From contig OY760937.1 of NCBI GenBank assembly GCA_963664225.1, forward strand, positions 1,696,001 through 1,760,000: a stretch of 64,000 nt of DNA, given 5' to 3'. The DNA comes from Verrucomicrobiia bacterium. GTDB taxonomy: Bacteria; Verrucomicrobiota; Verrucomicrobiia; Limisphaerales; UBA1319. The translations under genes and the position numbers were made by a program. The first letter of the stretch is position 1. Every line of letters starts with the position of its first letter. Below, piece by piece: positions 41,441-50,811 of the stretch. The notes under the pieces are model-generated. The model saw only the letters and a program-made list of their open reading frames with translations, had not been told where the DNA came from and did no database searches.

Positions 41441-41513
41441 CAAAACGCTCCAGGCAATCGCCGTCAAGCGCTTCGGTTGGCATGTCGGCTGTGCCTGATC
41501 TTGCTCGTTAGGC
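41435..41513 (+). other. attC site
   Basis: AGTTAAC-aaaacgCTCCAGGCA ... TGCCTGAtcttgctc-GTTAGGC; perfect GTTRRRY; ATG 10 nt downstream. Confidence 0.8.
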
Positions 41514-41522
41514 CTCTTTTAT

Positions 41523-42038
41523 ATGTCGCGCGCGAAGGTCAGATGGATTTGGGTTTGCAGCGCGGTCGCCGTCTTGATATTGGCGGCTGTGGCGTTGGTT
41601 TGCTGGCACGGCGCAGCCGAGCCTCTCGGGAACTTTCCGATTTCGCTCCATGGTACAACCAACGATCCGATACGTGGATTGGTGGCCTCCTTCAGCGTGA
41701 CCAACGAGAGCCGGATGAGCATTTACTACTGTATTTGTCCGGTTCAAGTGAAGTCGGACGGTGCATGGCCAGACTTGCGGATTCCGCGCAGCGGCGGCAG
41801 TGAGTTGGCATCGGGCGGGGCTGACGTGTTTTCTGTCGTGGCGCCGGCAGCCGCGCAAGAGTGGAGAGTTCCGGTGGTGTGGGGATACAGACCCACAGGG
41901 TATCGGTCCGTCACGGGACGGGTGAAATACAATCTCCGCTTGAATTGGGACCGGCTGCGACATGGACGGTTCCCAACGCTGGACAACCACGCACAGTTCA
42001 CGCTGCATGCCAGCTATTCCCCGACGTTCAGCAAATGA
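41523..42038 (+). CDS. Cassette C: membrane-anchored/secreted hypothetical protein (171 aa)
   Basis: N-terminal hydrophobic anchor; intact in duplicate 59149-59664. Confidence 0.75.
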   Translation: MSRAKVRWIWVCSAVAVLILAAVALVCWHGAAEPLGNFPISLHGTTNDPIRGLVASFSVTNESRMSIYYCICPVQVKSDGAWPDLRIPRSGGSELASGGADVFSVVAPAAAQEWRVPVVWGYRPTGYRSVTGRVKYNLRLNWDRLRHGRFPTLDNHAQFTLHASYSPTFSK

Positions 42039-42226
42039 GAAACGGCTTTCATGGTTTCTGAGCTGTCGGAGTAAAGGGATTCGCCGGGCGCAGGACAAAA
42101 TTCAGGAAGCTGGTAAAAGCCTAAACCATACGAACCCAGCCAAGACGCCAATCGGCGTTGTGGGGCATATAATCCGGTGCGGTGGCATCCTCCAAACCGT
42201 CCAATCATTCAGAAAACGCGAAAAAG

Positions 42227-42264
42227 TTCTCCCTCTCCGCTCTGGGGAGAGGGCCGGGGTGAGG
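42227..42264 (+). repeat. REP-like palindrome (second family)
   Basis: ttctCCCTCTCCgctctggGGAGAGGGccggggtgagg hairpin. Confidence 0.65.
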
Positions 42265-42449
42265 TGGCTTTTCGATTCCCATCCACTCTAATTCTCCGCG
42301 TTCTCCGCGCCTCCGCGTGATGCCTTTTTTCGCGCCCCATTCCTTCGCCCGTCAACCCCGCGCGGCGGTATCCTCCAAACCGTCCAATAAACCCAGGGCT
42401 CGCAATACTCCTCCTTCTTGTATCTGATTTTCCATCTATTCTTGTTTTG

Positions 42450-42645
42450 TTTGAAAAGACGGAATAAATGGAACTGTCCTGCCGCCTGCAGGCGGCAGGA
42501 CAGTGGCGCGGACGAGCTCGTTTCCTTCTTGCATTGGTTTTTAACCAAATGCGCGAGGAGCCAGAGCCGTTCGTGCCTGTGTCCTAAACTCGAACCGTTG
42601 CTTGAGCGGCCCACCAAGGCCTGCTCGTATTTACAAGAATGAGCC
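42450..42645 (+). ncRNA. IS110 bridge RNA (predicted)
   Basis: 5' 14-bp hairpin; target loop with TTTCCTTCT (42521-42529) and AGGAG (42556-42560); donor loop with ACCGTTGCT (42594-42602) and TACAAG (42632-42637); guides match the element junctions; RNA ends approximate. Confidence 0.8.
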
Positions 42646-42653
42646 AGAACACT

Positions 42654-43580
42654 ATGACCACTATCTACGCTGGTTTGGATATTGCCAAGCTGAGTCTTGA
42701 TCTCCAACTGGCCGGTCGTTCCCACCATCTGCCCAATACCGCCGCCGGTCATCGCCAGCTCGTCAAACTCCTGGCGCAGCATCCCGGCGCTCACGTCATC
42801 TGTGAAGCCACCGGCGGCTACGAGCGTGAGGTGGCTGACGCCCTCCATCATGCCAGCATTCCTGTCAGCATCATCAATCCCGCCCGCGTCCGGCATTTCG
42901 CCCGCGCCCAGGGACAACGGGCCAAAACCGACCGTATAGATGCCGCCGTCCTCTCCGCCTATGGGCAGGCCTTCGCCCCCAAACCCACGCCCGCGCGTTC
43001 CGAGGTGGAGGAGCAGTTGACCGAACTGGTTCGCCGCCGCACTCAGATCCTTGATCTGCTTATTAGCCAGCGCCATCAGATCGAACGCCTCACGCTGCCC
43101 AAGTTGCGCCGCCAGGCCCAGAGCCTGCTGCGTCGATTGGAACGGGATCTGGAGCATATCGAGACCCAACTCAAAGCGCTGCGCCAGAAAACCACAGAAT
43201 TGGATGAGCGCGCAAAGAAACTCGAGGCTATTACTGGGGTGGGCGCGATTACCGCCTTGGGGGTTTTGGCTGAGCTGCCCGAGTTGGGCACGCTCAATCG
43301 GGGGCAGGCCGCCGCCTTGGCCGGACTGGCTCCACATCCTCGAGAAAGCGGCCAGTGGCAAGGCCGCCGCTCCATCGGTGGCGGAAGAGCCGCCGTTAGA
43401 CGTGCCCTCTACATGGCCGCCCTGGTGGCTGCGCGCTGCAATCGCCAACTCAAGGAGTTCTAGGAACGACTCCGATTGGCGGGCAAGCCCGCCAAAGTCG
43501 CGCTCACCGCCGTCATGCGCAAACTCATTGTCCTGATGAACCAAATCCTTAAAAACCCAGATTTTGCACTCTCAAATTAA
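42654..43580 (+). pseudogene. IS110 recombinase interrupted by one in-frame TAG (43461-43463)
   Basis: GLDIAK, CEATG, KTDRIDA (DEDD) and GLAP..RESG; frame resumes after the stop: ERLRLAGKPAKVALTAVMRKLIVLMN..*. Confidence 0.9.
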
Positions 43581-44117
43581 ATACCGTTGCTCCTGGGGGG
43601 AGTTCTCCATGGTTAAATCTTTTCCTCCTGGTTCTAATCTGTGTTTCTCTGAGCCATCTGTGGATTTCCCCTGCTTATCCCTATCCGTGCCATCCGTGAT
43701 ATCAGTGGTTAAAAATCCTGCTCATCCTGCTTATCCATGTTGATATTTCTTCACCCACCTCTTTCCATGTAACTTGTAATGAAAGACATCCCACTTTGGG
43801 TTCATGGGGAGGGCGGTCGTCCTTTCAGATCTGACTTTTGCCGGACCCTCAATCGCCGCCCGGCCATTCCCGAAACTCTTGCTGAATTCGTTTCGTATAT
43901 ACTCACATGCCCTTTATAAGGACTTTTTTCCCTTGCCGAAGAATTTTGTCCTGCGCCCGGATTCGCCCTCAGCTTGGATCGGTTCTGGACTTGCAGCAGA
44001 AAACCAGCACGCGGGAAAACCCTGTAAAACGCCACGAAAGCGCATGAGAAGGCCCATTCCAACAATGGCTTCAAATATTTTAATGAATCAATCAATGAAG
44101 AAGTGCGTCCGATCCAA

Positions 44118-46550
44118 ATGAAAAATATCACCGCACTCTTCCTTGCTGCATGCATTATCGAATGCAGTTCGGTTCTGGTTTCTGCGGCGATAATTAACAA
44201 CAGCCCGACCCGCTCGAACGGGGCCGACGGCGGAGAAGAATTCATCGGACCGCTGTCCGGCTGGGACAACGTCAAGAGCTACGGCGCCGCCGGTGATGAT
44301 TCGCGCGACGACACGGCATCGATCCAGAATGCCTTGAATGCCTGGGGAACTTCCGGGCACAGCAAGGTGCTCTTTATTCCCGCCGGGACCTACCGGATTA
44401 ATCGCACACTCGCTGCGGCCAACAAATCCGGTTGCCAGCTTTTGGGCGCCGACCCATCGACCGTGACCTTCAAGTGGTGTGGGGCGGAGGGCACGAACAT
44501 GTTCGACTTTAATTCTGTCACCAAAACACGCATGGGCCGGTTCACGCTCGATGGCGGCGGCACGGCCGGGGTGGGCTTCTGGCTGTGGGTGTCCAACGGC
44601 ACGGCGAATGCCAGTTCCATGGAAGATGCCGTCTTCAAGAACATGCGCATCGGCCTGCGGTTTTGCGACCATCCGGGTGAAGTCGCCGGGCCGCCGAACT
44701 ACATCTGTGATTTTCCCATCGACCGCTGCCAGTTTCTCAACTGCACGGTTGCGGGCATCAACCAGAACAATCCCAACACGCTCAACCTGCCCGCTGAGTA
44801 TTGCCTTTTTGACCATTGCGGCTTTGGCGTGACCGACGATCTTGCGGGAACCTCGGGCCACGGCAATATCCAGATTTACAACTCAGTGTTTCGGCATTCG
44901 ACCTTTGCTGACGCGGCCTTTCGTCCCGACGCCTCATTCTCCTCGTTCCGGGGGAATTACTCGATTGGATCCCAAATGTTCGCGAGCATCGCATGGAACG
45001 GACGCAATGGCCTCGGCCTGACGCTGCAGGACAACGTGATCCTGGACCCCGTGGACACGCCGATCCGCATCCTGTGCGCCGGGGCCTTGTCGCTGATCGA
45101 CAACGTGATTCGATACAACGGCACCGTGGCCCAGGTGGGCGTGGGCGGCGCCTATGCGGATGACACGATATCGGTTGGCAACACCTATTGTAAGACAAGT
45201 CGGACAAACCCGATTTCCTCCTCGGGCCGCGTGACCAGACTGGACGACCTGTGCGTGAGCGCCAGCGCGATCACCAATACCGAGCCGGTCCTGCCGCCAA
45301 CACCGCCGAACAAAAATCGGTTCATTTGCGAACTCCCGGCCAACGCCACCGGTGCGGATATTCAGAATGCCATCGATTCCCTCCATGCCAGCCATAACGG
45401 GCAGCGTGCCGTCATTCACATTCCGGCGGGAGTTCACACGGTCACCAATACGATTACCGTACCCGCCAATAGCGATATTCAACTGGTCGGCGACGGGGTG
45501 TTCTCGAGCGTTTTGCGCTGGGCCGACGCCCCGGCGAACCATGGATCGATGCTCCTGAAGCTGACCGGCCCCAGCCGGGCGACGGTGCGGGATCTGTTGA
45601 TCAACGCCAATGGGAATTGCGATCGCGGCCTGGTGACCGATGTGGCCGACGTGCCTGGTGACCGTGTTTACATGAGCCAGATCGGTTGCGATAACTTCGG
45701 CCCCGCTGTTTCCACGTATCGCTGGTCGGACATATTGATCCACGGCCAGTCGAACGCCATCGTGGACATCAACACCGCGGAATTGAACTACTCCGGCAAC
45801 GCGGCCTACAGCAACGGGGTCGTCGTCGTTGCCGGCCCCTCCGTGAGCGTTTATGGCAATACGCCGGTCGGTTCGCCCTTTGCCGGTGGACGCACCATCA
45901 TCACCGGCGTCAATATTGGCGGTTATGAAGTTCACAATAATGCGCAACTACTGGTTCAGGATTCCTGGTACGAGGCGCATCCCATCGAAAACCCGCGTTT
46001 CCTGAACCTGACCTCGTCAGGCACGGTGACCCTGCAAGGCAATCTGATAGCCCCTTGCAACGGCCCCGTCACCGCCGGGACACCGGGGATCGACATCGAC
46101 GGCTTCCAGGGCCGCTTCTCCCTCCTGAGCAGCTTCTTCAATCACTGCAATACCAACGCCCATTCCACAACCGTGGTCCTCGCGCCGAACACCGGAACGA
46201 ACTGCAACGTTCTGGTCATGGGCTCAGTCGGTGACGATGGTAGTGTCAACGGCCAGTGGTTCTTTAACAAGTCGGCCACCGCCAACGTCGGATTCCTGAA
46301 TAATAATTTTTATACCGTCGGCCTGGGTCTGACCCAGAACACCAATTCGGGTCGCGAGGACGCTGCATTCCTGCGGACCATGCTCGCCCAGTCGCGAACT
46401 CAAAAACGAGTGGCCTGGCCCTTGACAGCCACACCGACCGGCACGTCCGATGTTCGGTGCTTCCGGGTTTTTGTCATCAACGCCATTTCGGCCAACATGG
46501 TCATTTACAGATCCGCCTCCGGCCTGCCCGGCATCACCCCGCTGCGGTGA
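44118..46550 (+). CDS. Secreted pectin-lyase-fold (tandem beta-helix) protein
   Basis: Signal peptide; NVKSYGAAGD..DDTASIQNAL..FIPAGTYRI and a second IQNAID..IPAGVHTVTNTI repeat. Confidence 0.8.
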   Translation: MKNITALFLAACIIECSSVLVSAAIINNSPTRSNGADGGEEFIGPLSGWDNVKSYGAAGDDSRDDTASIQNALNAWGTSGHSKVLFIPAGTYRINRTLAAANKSGCQLLGADPSTVTFKWCGAEGTNMFDFNSVTKTRMGRFTLDGGGTAGVGFWLWVSNGTANASSMEDAVFKNMRIGLRFCDHPGEVAGPPNYICDFPIDRCQFLNCTVAGINQNNPNTLNLPAEYCLFDHCGFGVTDDLAGTSGHGNIQIYNSVFRHSTFADAAFRPDASFSSFRGNYSIGSQMFASIAWNGRNGLGLTLQDNVILDPVDTPIRILCAGALSLIDNVIRYNGTVAQVGVGGAYADDTISVGNTYCKTSRTNPISSSGRVTRLDDLCVSASAITNTEPVLPPTPPNKNRFICELPANATGADIQNAIDSLHASHNGQRAVIHIPAGVHTVTNTITVPANSDIQLVGDGVFSSVLRWADAPANHGSMLLKLTGPSRATVRDLLINANGNCDRGLVTDVADVPGDRVYMSQIGCDNFGPAVSTYRWSDILIHGQSNAIVDINTAELNYSGNAAYSNGVVVVAGPSVSVYGNTPVGSPFAGGRTIITGVNIGGYEVHNNAQLLVQDSWYEAHPIENPRFLNLTSSGTVTLQGNLIAPCNGPVTAGTPGIDIDGFQGRFSLLSSFFNHCNTNAHSTTVVLAPNTGTNCNVLVMGSVGDDGSVNGQWFFNKSATANVGFLNNNFYTVGLGLTQNTNSGREDAAFLRTMLAQSRTQKRVAWPLTATPTGTSDVRCFRVFVINAISANMVIYRSASGLPGITPLR

Positions 46551-46714
46551 ATCCGCTACGTGATCGTTAAACCTGCCCGGGCGTGCAGCCGGTTGACCAG
46601 CGGTCAACGGAAAGTCAACCGGTTGAACGCTCTTTTCCGCACGAAAAAAGTTCCCGGCGGTCGCGATTCTTAATGAGCTTTACACGACGCTGGTAAGGTC
46701 GCAAAATTGGGCTT

Positions 46715-48712
46715 ATGTCGAATAGTCTGCCTGTGACAAGCCTGACAGGGGAGCGGTCACTGACGCAAGTTGCCGCAAACCAAGTACTAACGGAGCTGGA
46801 TGCCGCGATCAAGCGCACCCAGGATTACCTCCTTGGCCAGCAAACACCCGAGGGTTACTGGGTGGGCGAACTGATTGTGGACTCCACCATCGTCTCGGAC
46901 ATGGTGGCCTATCGCCACTGGAGCGGTAAGGTCGATCCGGAATGGCAGCGCAAAGCGGTCAATCACATTTTTTCGCTGCAACTCCCTGAGGGCGGCTGGA
47001 ATATATATCATGGGGGTCCGGCGGAAGTGAATGCCACCGTAAAAGCCTACCTGGCTTTGAAGCTCGCCAGAGTGCCCTTGACGGACCCGCGCATGCTCAA
47101 GGCCCGCAGCGTCGCCCTGAGCCTGGGCGGTGTGGCCCGCATGAACACCTTCTCCAAGCTCTACCTTGCATTGCTGGGTCTCTATTCGTGGGAATATGTG
47201 CCCACCATTCCGTGCGAGGTCATCCTGGTCGGTAAGTGGTTCCATGTGAACTTCAACGAGATGAGTTCCTGGAGCCGGTCCATGCTTGTGCCGCTCTCGA
47301 TCATCAACCATTTCAAGCCGACCCATGCCCTGCCGGGCATCAACCTCGATGAGCTGTATCCGGAGGGTTTTCACGAACGCGACCTGGCGTTGCATCCAGA
47401 TCCCAACCTGTTCACCTGGAGGAATTTTTTCCTGTGGCTGGACCGCCTGCACAAGTTTGTGGAAAATTACAAGCTCCAGCCGTTTCGCAAACGGGCGTTG
47501 CGCAAGGCCGAGCAATGGATGGTGGAGCGCTTCGAAGGGACCAACGGACTGGCCGCCATTTTCCCGGCCATACTCAATTCCCTCATCGCCCTCAAGGCCC
47601 TGGGTTATCCGGATAATCATCCCGATGTGCTTCGGGCTGAACGCGAATTGAAAAGGCTGGAACACGAGACCCCCGATACGGTGCGCCTGGAACCGTGCCT
47701 TTCCCCCGTCTGGGACACCGCCATCACCATCATTGCCCTGCACGAATCGGGTCTGGCCAGCGACCATCCGGCCCTGCAGAAGGCGACCAGTTGGGTGCTC
47801 GACCGCGAGATTCGTTTTCGCGGCGACTGGCAGTTCAAGAATCCCGCCAAGGTGGAACCGAGCGGCTGGGTGTTCGAGTTCGATAACAAGTGGAATCCGG
47901 ATGTGGACGACACGGCCATGGTGCTGCTGGCGCTGCGGAAAATTCCGACCGGTGATCCGGCCCGACGCGATGCCGCCTTTAAACGCGGGCTGGATTGGAT
48001 GCTTACTTTTCAGTGCAAGGACGGCGGCTGGGCGGCGTTCGACAGGGACTGCACGAACGGCATTCTGGAGAAGGTTCCGTTTGCCGATCACAACGCGATG
48101 CTCGATCCCGAGTGCGCGGATATTACGGCGCGCATTCTCGAGTTGCTCGGTTACGAAAAGTTTTCCGTGGAAAACGACCAGATCAAGGAGGCCTTGAATT
48201 ACCTTCAAAGGCATCAGGAGGAGGACGGCTCCTGGTATGGCCGCTGGGGCGTGAATTACATTTATGGCACCTGGCAGGTGCTGCGCGGTTTGCGCGCCCT
48301 GGGTCTGCCCATGCAAGAGGATTGGCTTCTCAAGGCCCGCAGCTGGCTGGAGAGCGTGCAGCACGAGGACGGCGGCTGGGGCGAGCGCTGCAATACCTAT
48401 GACGATCCCGTGTTCAAGGGGCAGGGACCGAGCACGGCCTCGCAAACCGCCTGGGCCGTGATGGGCCTGTGCGCGTTCGACGACCCGCAGATTCCCGCAT
48501 TGCGCCGGGGGATCGATTATTTGTTGCGCACCCAGAATGCGCAGGGCGACTGGACGGAGGCTGAAATCACCGGCACCGGTTTTCCCAAGGTCTATTATCT
48601 GAAATACGACATGTACCGGATCACCTGGCCGCTGCTCGCGCTGGCGACCTACCGCAATCTGCTGCATCAGGCCATTCTCAAGGGCAACGGCCACTGGCCG
48701 ACGGCCTCCTGA
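46715..48712 (+). CDS. shc: Squalene-hopene cyclase
   Basis: DVDDTA catalytic motif, SPVWDT, multiple QW repeats (Q..DGGW, Q..DGSW), GTGFPKVYYL. Confidence 0.95.
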   Translation: MSNSLPVTSLTGERSLTQVAANQVLTELDAAIKRTQDYLLGQQTPEGYWVGELIVDSTIVSDMVAYRHWSGKVDPEWQRKAVNHIFSLQLPEGGWNIYHGGPAEVNATVKAYLALKLARVPLTDPRMLKARSVALSLGGVARMNTFSKLYLALLGLYSWEYVPTIPCEVILVGKWFHVNFNEMSSWSRSMLVPLSIINHFKPTHALPGINLDELYPEGFHERDLALHPDPNLFTWRNFFLWLDRLHKFVENYKLQPFRKRALRKAEQWMVERFEGTNGLAAIFPAILNSLIALKALGYPDNHPDVLRAERELKRLEHETPDTVRLEPCLSPVWDTAITIIALHESGLASDHPALQKATSWVLDREIRFRGDWQFKNPAKVEPSGWVFEFDNKWNPDVDDTAMVLLALRKIPTGDPARRDAAFKRGLDWMLTFQCKDGGWAAFDRDCTNGILEKVPFADHNAMLDPECADITARILELLGYEKFSVENDQIKEALNYLQRHQEEDGSWYGRWGVNYIYGTWQVLRGLRALGLPMQEDWLLKARSWLESVQHEDGGWGERCNTYDDPVFKGQGPSTASQTAWAVMGLCAFDDPQIPALRRGIDYLLRTQNAQGDWTEAEITGTGFPKVYYLKYDMYRITWPLLALATYRNLLHQAILKGNGHWPTAS

Positions 48713-48763
48713 GAAGCCGGTGGCTTTCTCGAAGAGGCGGTTTCAGGCCCGGGATTGGTACGT

Positions 48764-48792
48764 AAAAAAGGACACCCTTGCGGGTGTCCTTT
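48764..48792 (-). terminator. Rho-independent terminator after rpsA
   Basis: aaaggacaccc-ttgc-gggtgtccttt with T6 on the minus strand. Confidence 0.8.
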
Positions 48793-48827
48793 GTGCTGTT
48801 GCCGGATTATGACCGGCAGATCGGAAA

Positions 48828-50492
48828 TCAATCGACCTTGGTATCGTCCGCGGCGTCGAAGGCGTGTTGCAGGGCCACGAGGTCTTCGCCCGGTTTGAGG
48901 GCGTCGAGGATGGCTTGCTCGGCCTTGAGCTGGTCGGGGGTGTAATTCGCGGCCTTGATGGACAGACCGATGCGGCGCTCGCCCTTGTCGATCTTGATCA
49001 CGCGGGCGGACACGTCCTGGCCCACCTTGAGCATGTTCTTGATCTTGTCGATGTGCTGCTCGCTGACCTGGGAGATGTGCACCAGGCCGTCAATGTCGTG
49101 CTGCAGGCCCACAAACGCGCCGAAGCTGGCGAGCTTGGTGACTTTGCCGGCGATGAGATCGCCCACGCGATAGAGCGTGTCGATGCTCTCCCACGGATCG
49201 GTGGAGAGTTGCTTGACGCCCATGGCGATGCGCTGATTGGACTTGTCGATTTCCAAGACAATGGCTTCGACATCCTCGCCCTTCTTGAGCACTTCGGAGG
49301 GGTGATTGATCTTGCGCGTCCAGGAAATGTCGGAGACGTGGATCATGCCGTCCAGACCATCTTCCAGTTCGATGAAGGCACCGTAGCTGGTGAGGTTGCG
49401 GATCTTGCCGGTGACCTTGGTGCCCGGAGGATACTTCTCGGCGGCCTTGTCCCACGGATTGGTCTCGAGCTGGCGGATGCTGAGGGAGATCTTCTGCTCC
49501 TCGCGGTTGATGCCCAACACGATGGCTTCGACTTCCTGATCGACCTTGAGCACATCGGCCGGTTTGGCCACGCGCTTGATCCAGGAGAGTTCGGTGACAT
49601 GGACGAGGCCTTCGACACCGGGTTCGAGTTCGACGAACGCGCCGTAGGGAACGAGATTGACGACTTTGCCTTTGACCTTGGTGCCCACGGGGAACTTGGT
49701 CTCGATCTGGTCCCAGGGATTGGCCAGCTTCTGCTTGAGACCGAGGCTGACGCGCTCTTTTTCCTTGTTGATGTCCAGGACGACCACGTCGATGTCCTGA
49801 CCGACTTTGAGGAGTTCCGAGGGGTGCCCAATGCGGCCCCAGCTCATGTCGGTGATATGGAGCAAGCCATCGATGCCGTTGAGGTCGATGAACGCGCCGA
49901 AATCGGTGATGTTCTTGACGGTGCCCTTGCGGATGTCGCCCGGGGTCATCTCGGTGAGGAGTTTGCCACGGCGTTCGTTGCGTTCCTGCTCGATCAATTC
50001 GCGGCGGGAAAGAACGATGTTCTGGCGCTCCTGGTTGAGCTTGACGACCTTGAAGTCGTAAGTGTTGCCGACATAGGCGGCCAGGTTCTTGGGCGGGACG
50101 ATGTCGATCTGCGAGGCGGGCAGGAAGGCCTCCACGCCGATATTGACGAGCAAGCCGCCTTTGACCACGGCCTTGACTTTGCCGGCGATGGTTCCGCCTT
50201 CGTTGCAAATGGTGAGGATCTTATCCCAGTTCTGTTTGAATTCGGCTTTTTCCTTCGACAGGATGACATTGCCATCCTTGTCTTCGAGCCGTTCGATGAG
50301 GACGTCGATCTGGTCGCCGATTTTGACGGCCTTGACGTCATCGAATTCATTTCCGGAAATGACGCCTTCGCTTTTATAACCGATATCGACGAGGACTTCC
50401 TTGGAACGCACCTCAATGACGGTGCCTTTAACGATCTGACCAGGAGCAAAGCCAAACTGGCTCTGCTTCATGGCCTCTGCCATGGTTAGCAT
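48828..50492 (-). CDS. rpsA: 30S ribosomal protein S1
   Basis: Repeated S1 domains (FGAFIDL..DGLLHITDMSW etc.), 554 aa. Confidence 0.97.
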   Translation of the reverse strand: MLTMAEAMKQSQFGFAPGQIVKGTVIEVRSKEVLVDIGYKSEGVISGNEFDDVKAVKIGDQIDVLIERLEDKDGNVILSKEKAEFKQNWDKILTICNEGGTIAGKVKAVVKGGLLVNIGVEAFLPASQIDIVPPKNLAAYVGNTYDFKVVKLNQERQNIVLSRRELIEQERNERRGKLLTEMTPGDIRKGTVKNITDFGAFIDLNGIDGLLHITDMSWGRIGHPSELLKVGQDIDVVVLDINKEKERVSLGLKQKLANPWDQIETKFPVGTKVKGKVVNLVPYGAFVELEPGVEGLVHVTELSWIKRVAKPADVLKVDQEVEAIVLGINREEQKISLSIRQLETNPWDKAAEKYPPGTKVTGKIRNLTSYGAFIELEDGLDGMIHVSDISWTRKINHPSEVLKKGEDVEAIVLEIDKSNQRIAMGVKQLSTDPWESIDTLYRVGDLIAGKVTKLASFGAFVGLQHDIDGLVHISQVSEQHIDKIKNMLKVGQDVSARVIKIDKGERRIGLSIKAANYTPDQLKAEQAILDALKPGEDLVALQHAFDAADDTKVD

Positions 50493-50811
50493 ACTATTGT
50501 TTTACGATCTGATTGCGGGAGGCTTGGTCGGCAGCACCTTGGAGAGCATGCCGGACAAAGACTCCATTGCCTAACAAACCAAACGCTGTCTGACAACGGA
50601 GGGTTGATGGTTCGTTTAAGCGTTAACTTTTTTTTCTCAGCCTTAATGAACAACCGCACACACGGAGTTCAGGCAAATTCAACCTTAAGCCCTATCATGC
50701 CGATGGCAAGCGTGAAAAACGCAAATAACGGCGGCCAAAATCCGTCCCGTTGGCCCCGTCCTTTTCGCTGGCCAGAAATCGGTTTTCAGGCATCGTAAAA
50801 CCCTGGAAATT

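Larger units (their letters stand above)
42417..43591 (+). mobile_element. IS110-family element (IS621-like) bounded by CT cores
   Basis: Left junction TCCTT-CT-TGTAT (CT 42417-42418), right junction ACCGTTG-CT-CCT (CT 43590-43591); no TIRs; ~235-bp non-coding left end. Confidence 0.88.

Noticed and set aside
43461..43463. Programmed amber readthrough (pyrrolysine or recoding)
   Set aside because: No pyl genes in view and other genes here end normally at TAG; a nonsense mutation is simpler.
42288..43544. 418-aa minus-strand ORF
   Set aside because: Antisense shadow of the IS110 recombinase.
50495..50620. Structured rpsA leader RNA
   Set aside because: An imperfect hairpin is visible, but I cannot match it to a known family or show conservation.
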